Shown: piece by piece, positions 16,701 through 16,936 of the stretch
Layout: each line of letters begins with the position of its first letter
How positions within the stretch are numbered: the stretch's first letter is position 1
NCBI GenBank assembly: GCA_964652335.1
Contig: CAZZDL010000002.1
Span: 1 to 16,936 of the forward strand
Reading direction: 5' to 3'
DNA length: 16,936 nucleotides
Source of the DNA: Candidatus Micrarchaeota archaeon
GTDB lineage: Archaea > B1Sed10-29 > WALL01 > WAMD01
Notes under the pieces: generated by a model
Database searches by the model: none
What the model was told of the DNA's origin: nothing
What the model saw: only the letters and a program-made list of their open reading frames with translations
Program-made: the position numbers and the translations under genes

Positions 16701-16936
16701 CGAAGATTTAATTGCAATGTTCTCTGGAAGACTAGGGAGCAGTTATGAGGATGATAGAATTCATTTAGAGAACGGATCCGACTGGCTGATATCTAGCCTT
16801 CCCGACAAAACCTGGGTATCCACCGCTGGGAACTACACTGCATTCTATGATAACGGTACAAACGATGCATTAACAAATATAACTATTGGGCTAGTTGCAT
16901 ATCCATCTTCCAACCCAGCTGGATTGTATGCATGGT
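13717..16936 (+). CDS. very large secreted multidomain surface protein, 3' end outside window (>1073 aa)
   Basis: Hand translation from ATG 13717 (GGAGGT at 13705-13710) has no stop up to the window end. Sec-type signal MRICLQIAVGLLILGLASG|IS; rich in D/N/S/T/Y/G; about 20 or more N-X-S/T sequons. Not in the ORF track. Confidence 0.92.
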   Translation, partial: MRICLQIAVGLLILGLASGISIISSDNTYDTINGTNYKFDLFVDPSNTYFGGTTNCYSNAYDPTQVLRSDSEGRCYLPRLWGASDVATLGEEGGNYRIKEEHGPFRVVESFYAASETVKLTYYMYDEYFLVRLVTNSYTGDYNDGAASSIYINDLGSRGPDSFGLHYLTGSKQSTPIDTWASSTDTTYDPFDIGSEYAWVSWYGNSSSDLAVGAIYPPLIFEPSSQISEVSDDEAAAQLVYESISSGGKNTDAITNIDIILGIYYYSAGNSDAEAKSILEAYKYPATPSCISNCEYAKFNDKEFIYEVEPESTDITQLKFKVTGDGSWNHQHKLYFEVFDMHTVDVYVSSDGSSWTKLYSSDEVQNDDNHVIFSDTLSAGEVKYYKLMKVPSDSIPSKVIANIDPLPFLNLGDNVTITAKILDEHNDIVNNTDVNAYITGPNSTSTQLSFNDTTLVYTGTLQTTNWKEGVFKTTVYAAKSVDANYTSQNCNDYWGFDCGFGPPETGDNTFDSCPTGTGDDESVEGIWINGTIFRPDDTVEVTCEFDTYDTANDQEYIWYYNGTGWRKLWEGDVGSNVVANKTITFQPDNITGTHWIRCIIDYSPEGDYCADSGSYYDNDDLSFKVYPSTVNISNTTYFHLYPGEGVSVYKMEWDGENKTFLENKHIVGAIGEDRELVYEAFQKDSATSYSFRELSLPQIARLSISSEGGLGKTNGVSAVTGENLTYGKVNVSASVIEPKVKKVCFVCYSAGSPDSTYETPYIQALQDLGFQVDYNVAGCNYDYTDIRDGTADFSGYDFWAHSWIYSDNLDMTNAKTKYVDTLGQSELILGPDATYLGDFGYATENDKVYYPSAYGYIVSVGDFLPPEDYSTRALVKLTDTTSGRMQYESHEDSLISNVDPIIKISSPDAIYVSAGKYENSTSGGKMIFFGIAEDAVSQLTDYGDGKDNGEEILNYFTKWVGGTETNFDLSIKLRDDDDDYFVFNMTNFSSDISDYEDLIAMFSGRLGSSYEDDRIHLENGSDWLISSLPDKTWVSTAGNYTAFYDNGTNDALTNITIGLVAYPSSNPAGLYAW

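Noticed and set aside
1..16936. tRNA, rRNA, CRISPR array, IS element or intein
   Set aside because: Intergenic gaps are at most about 130 bp with no cloverleaf or repeat-spacer pattern; there is no transposase or integrase; the ATPase and CysRS motifs are normally spaced, with no large insertion.

Overview
Archaeal genomic DNA (TATA-type promoters, GGAGG/GGTG ribosome-binding sites, archaeal class III signal peptides); the compact gene style is DPANN-like, but that is inference only. Left arm, minus strand: a four-gene unit encoding an Rcl/DNPH1-like nucleotide N-glycosidase, a helical-repeat hypothetical protein, a QueD/PTPS-like protein lacking its metal-binding motif, and a GNAT acetyltransferase split by a 1-nt frameshift. 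Next are an ArsR regulator and TDT/SLAC1 transporter with a perfect operator palindrome, a cysteine synthase-cysS pair (CysRS has Asp at the Cys209 zinc-ligand position) and a convergent uppS. From 6531 to the window end runs one tightly coupled plus-strand type IV pilus-like operon: five class III prepilin-like genes, a VirB11/ArlI-type ATPase, two TadC/GspF platform proteins, a small membrane protein and a >1073-aa secreted modular protein missing from the supplied ORF track because it runs off the window. No rRNA, tRNA, CRISPR array or transposase was seen.
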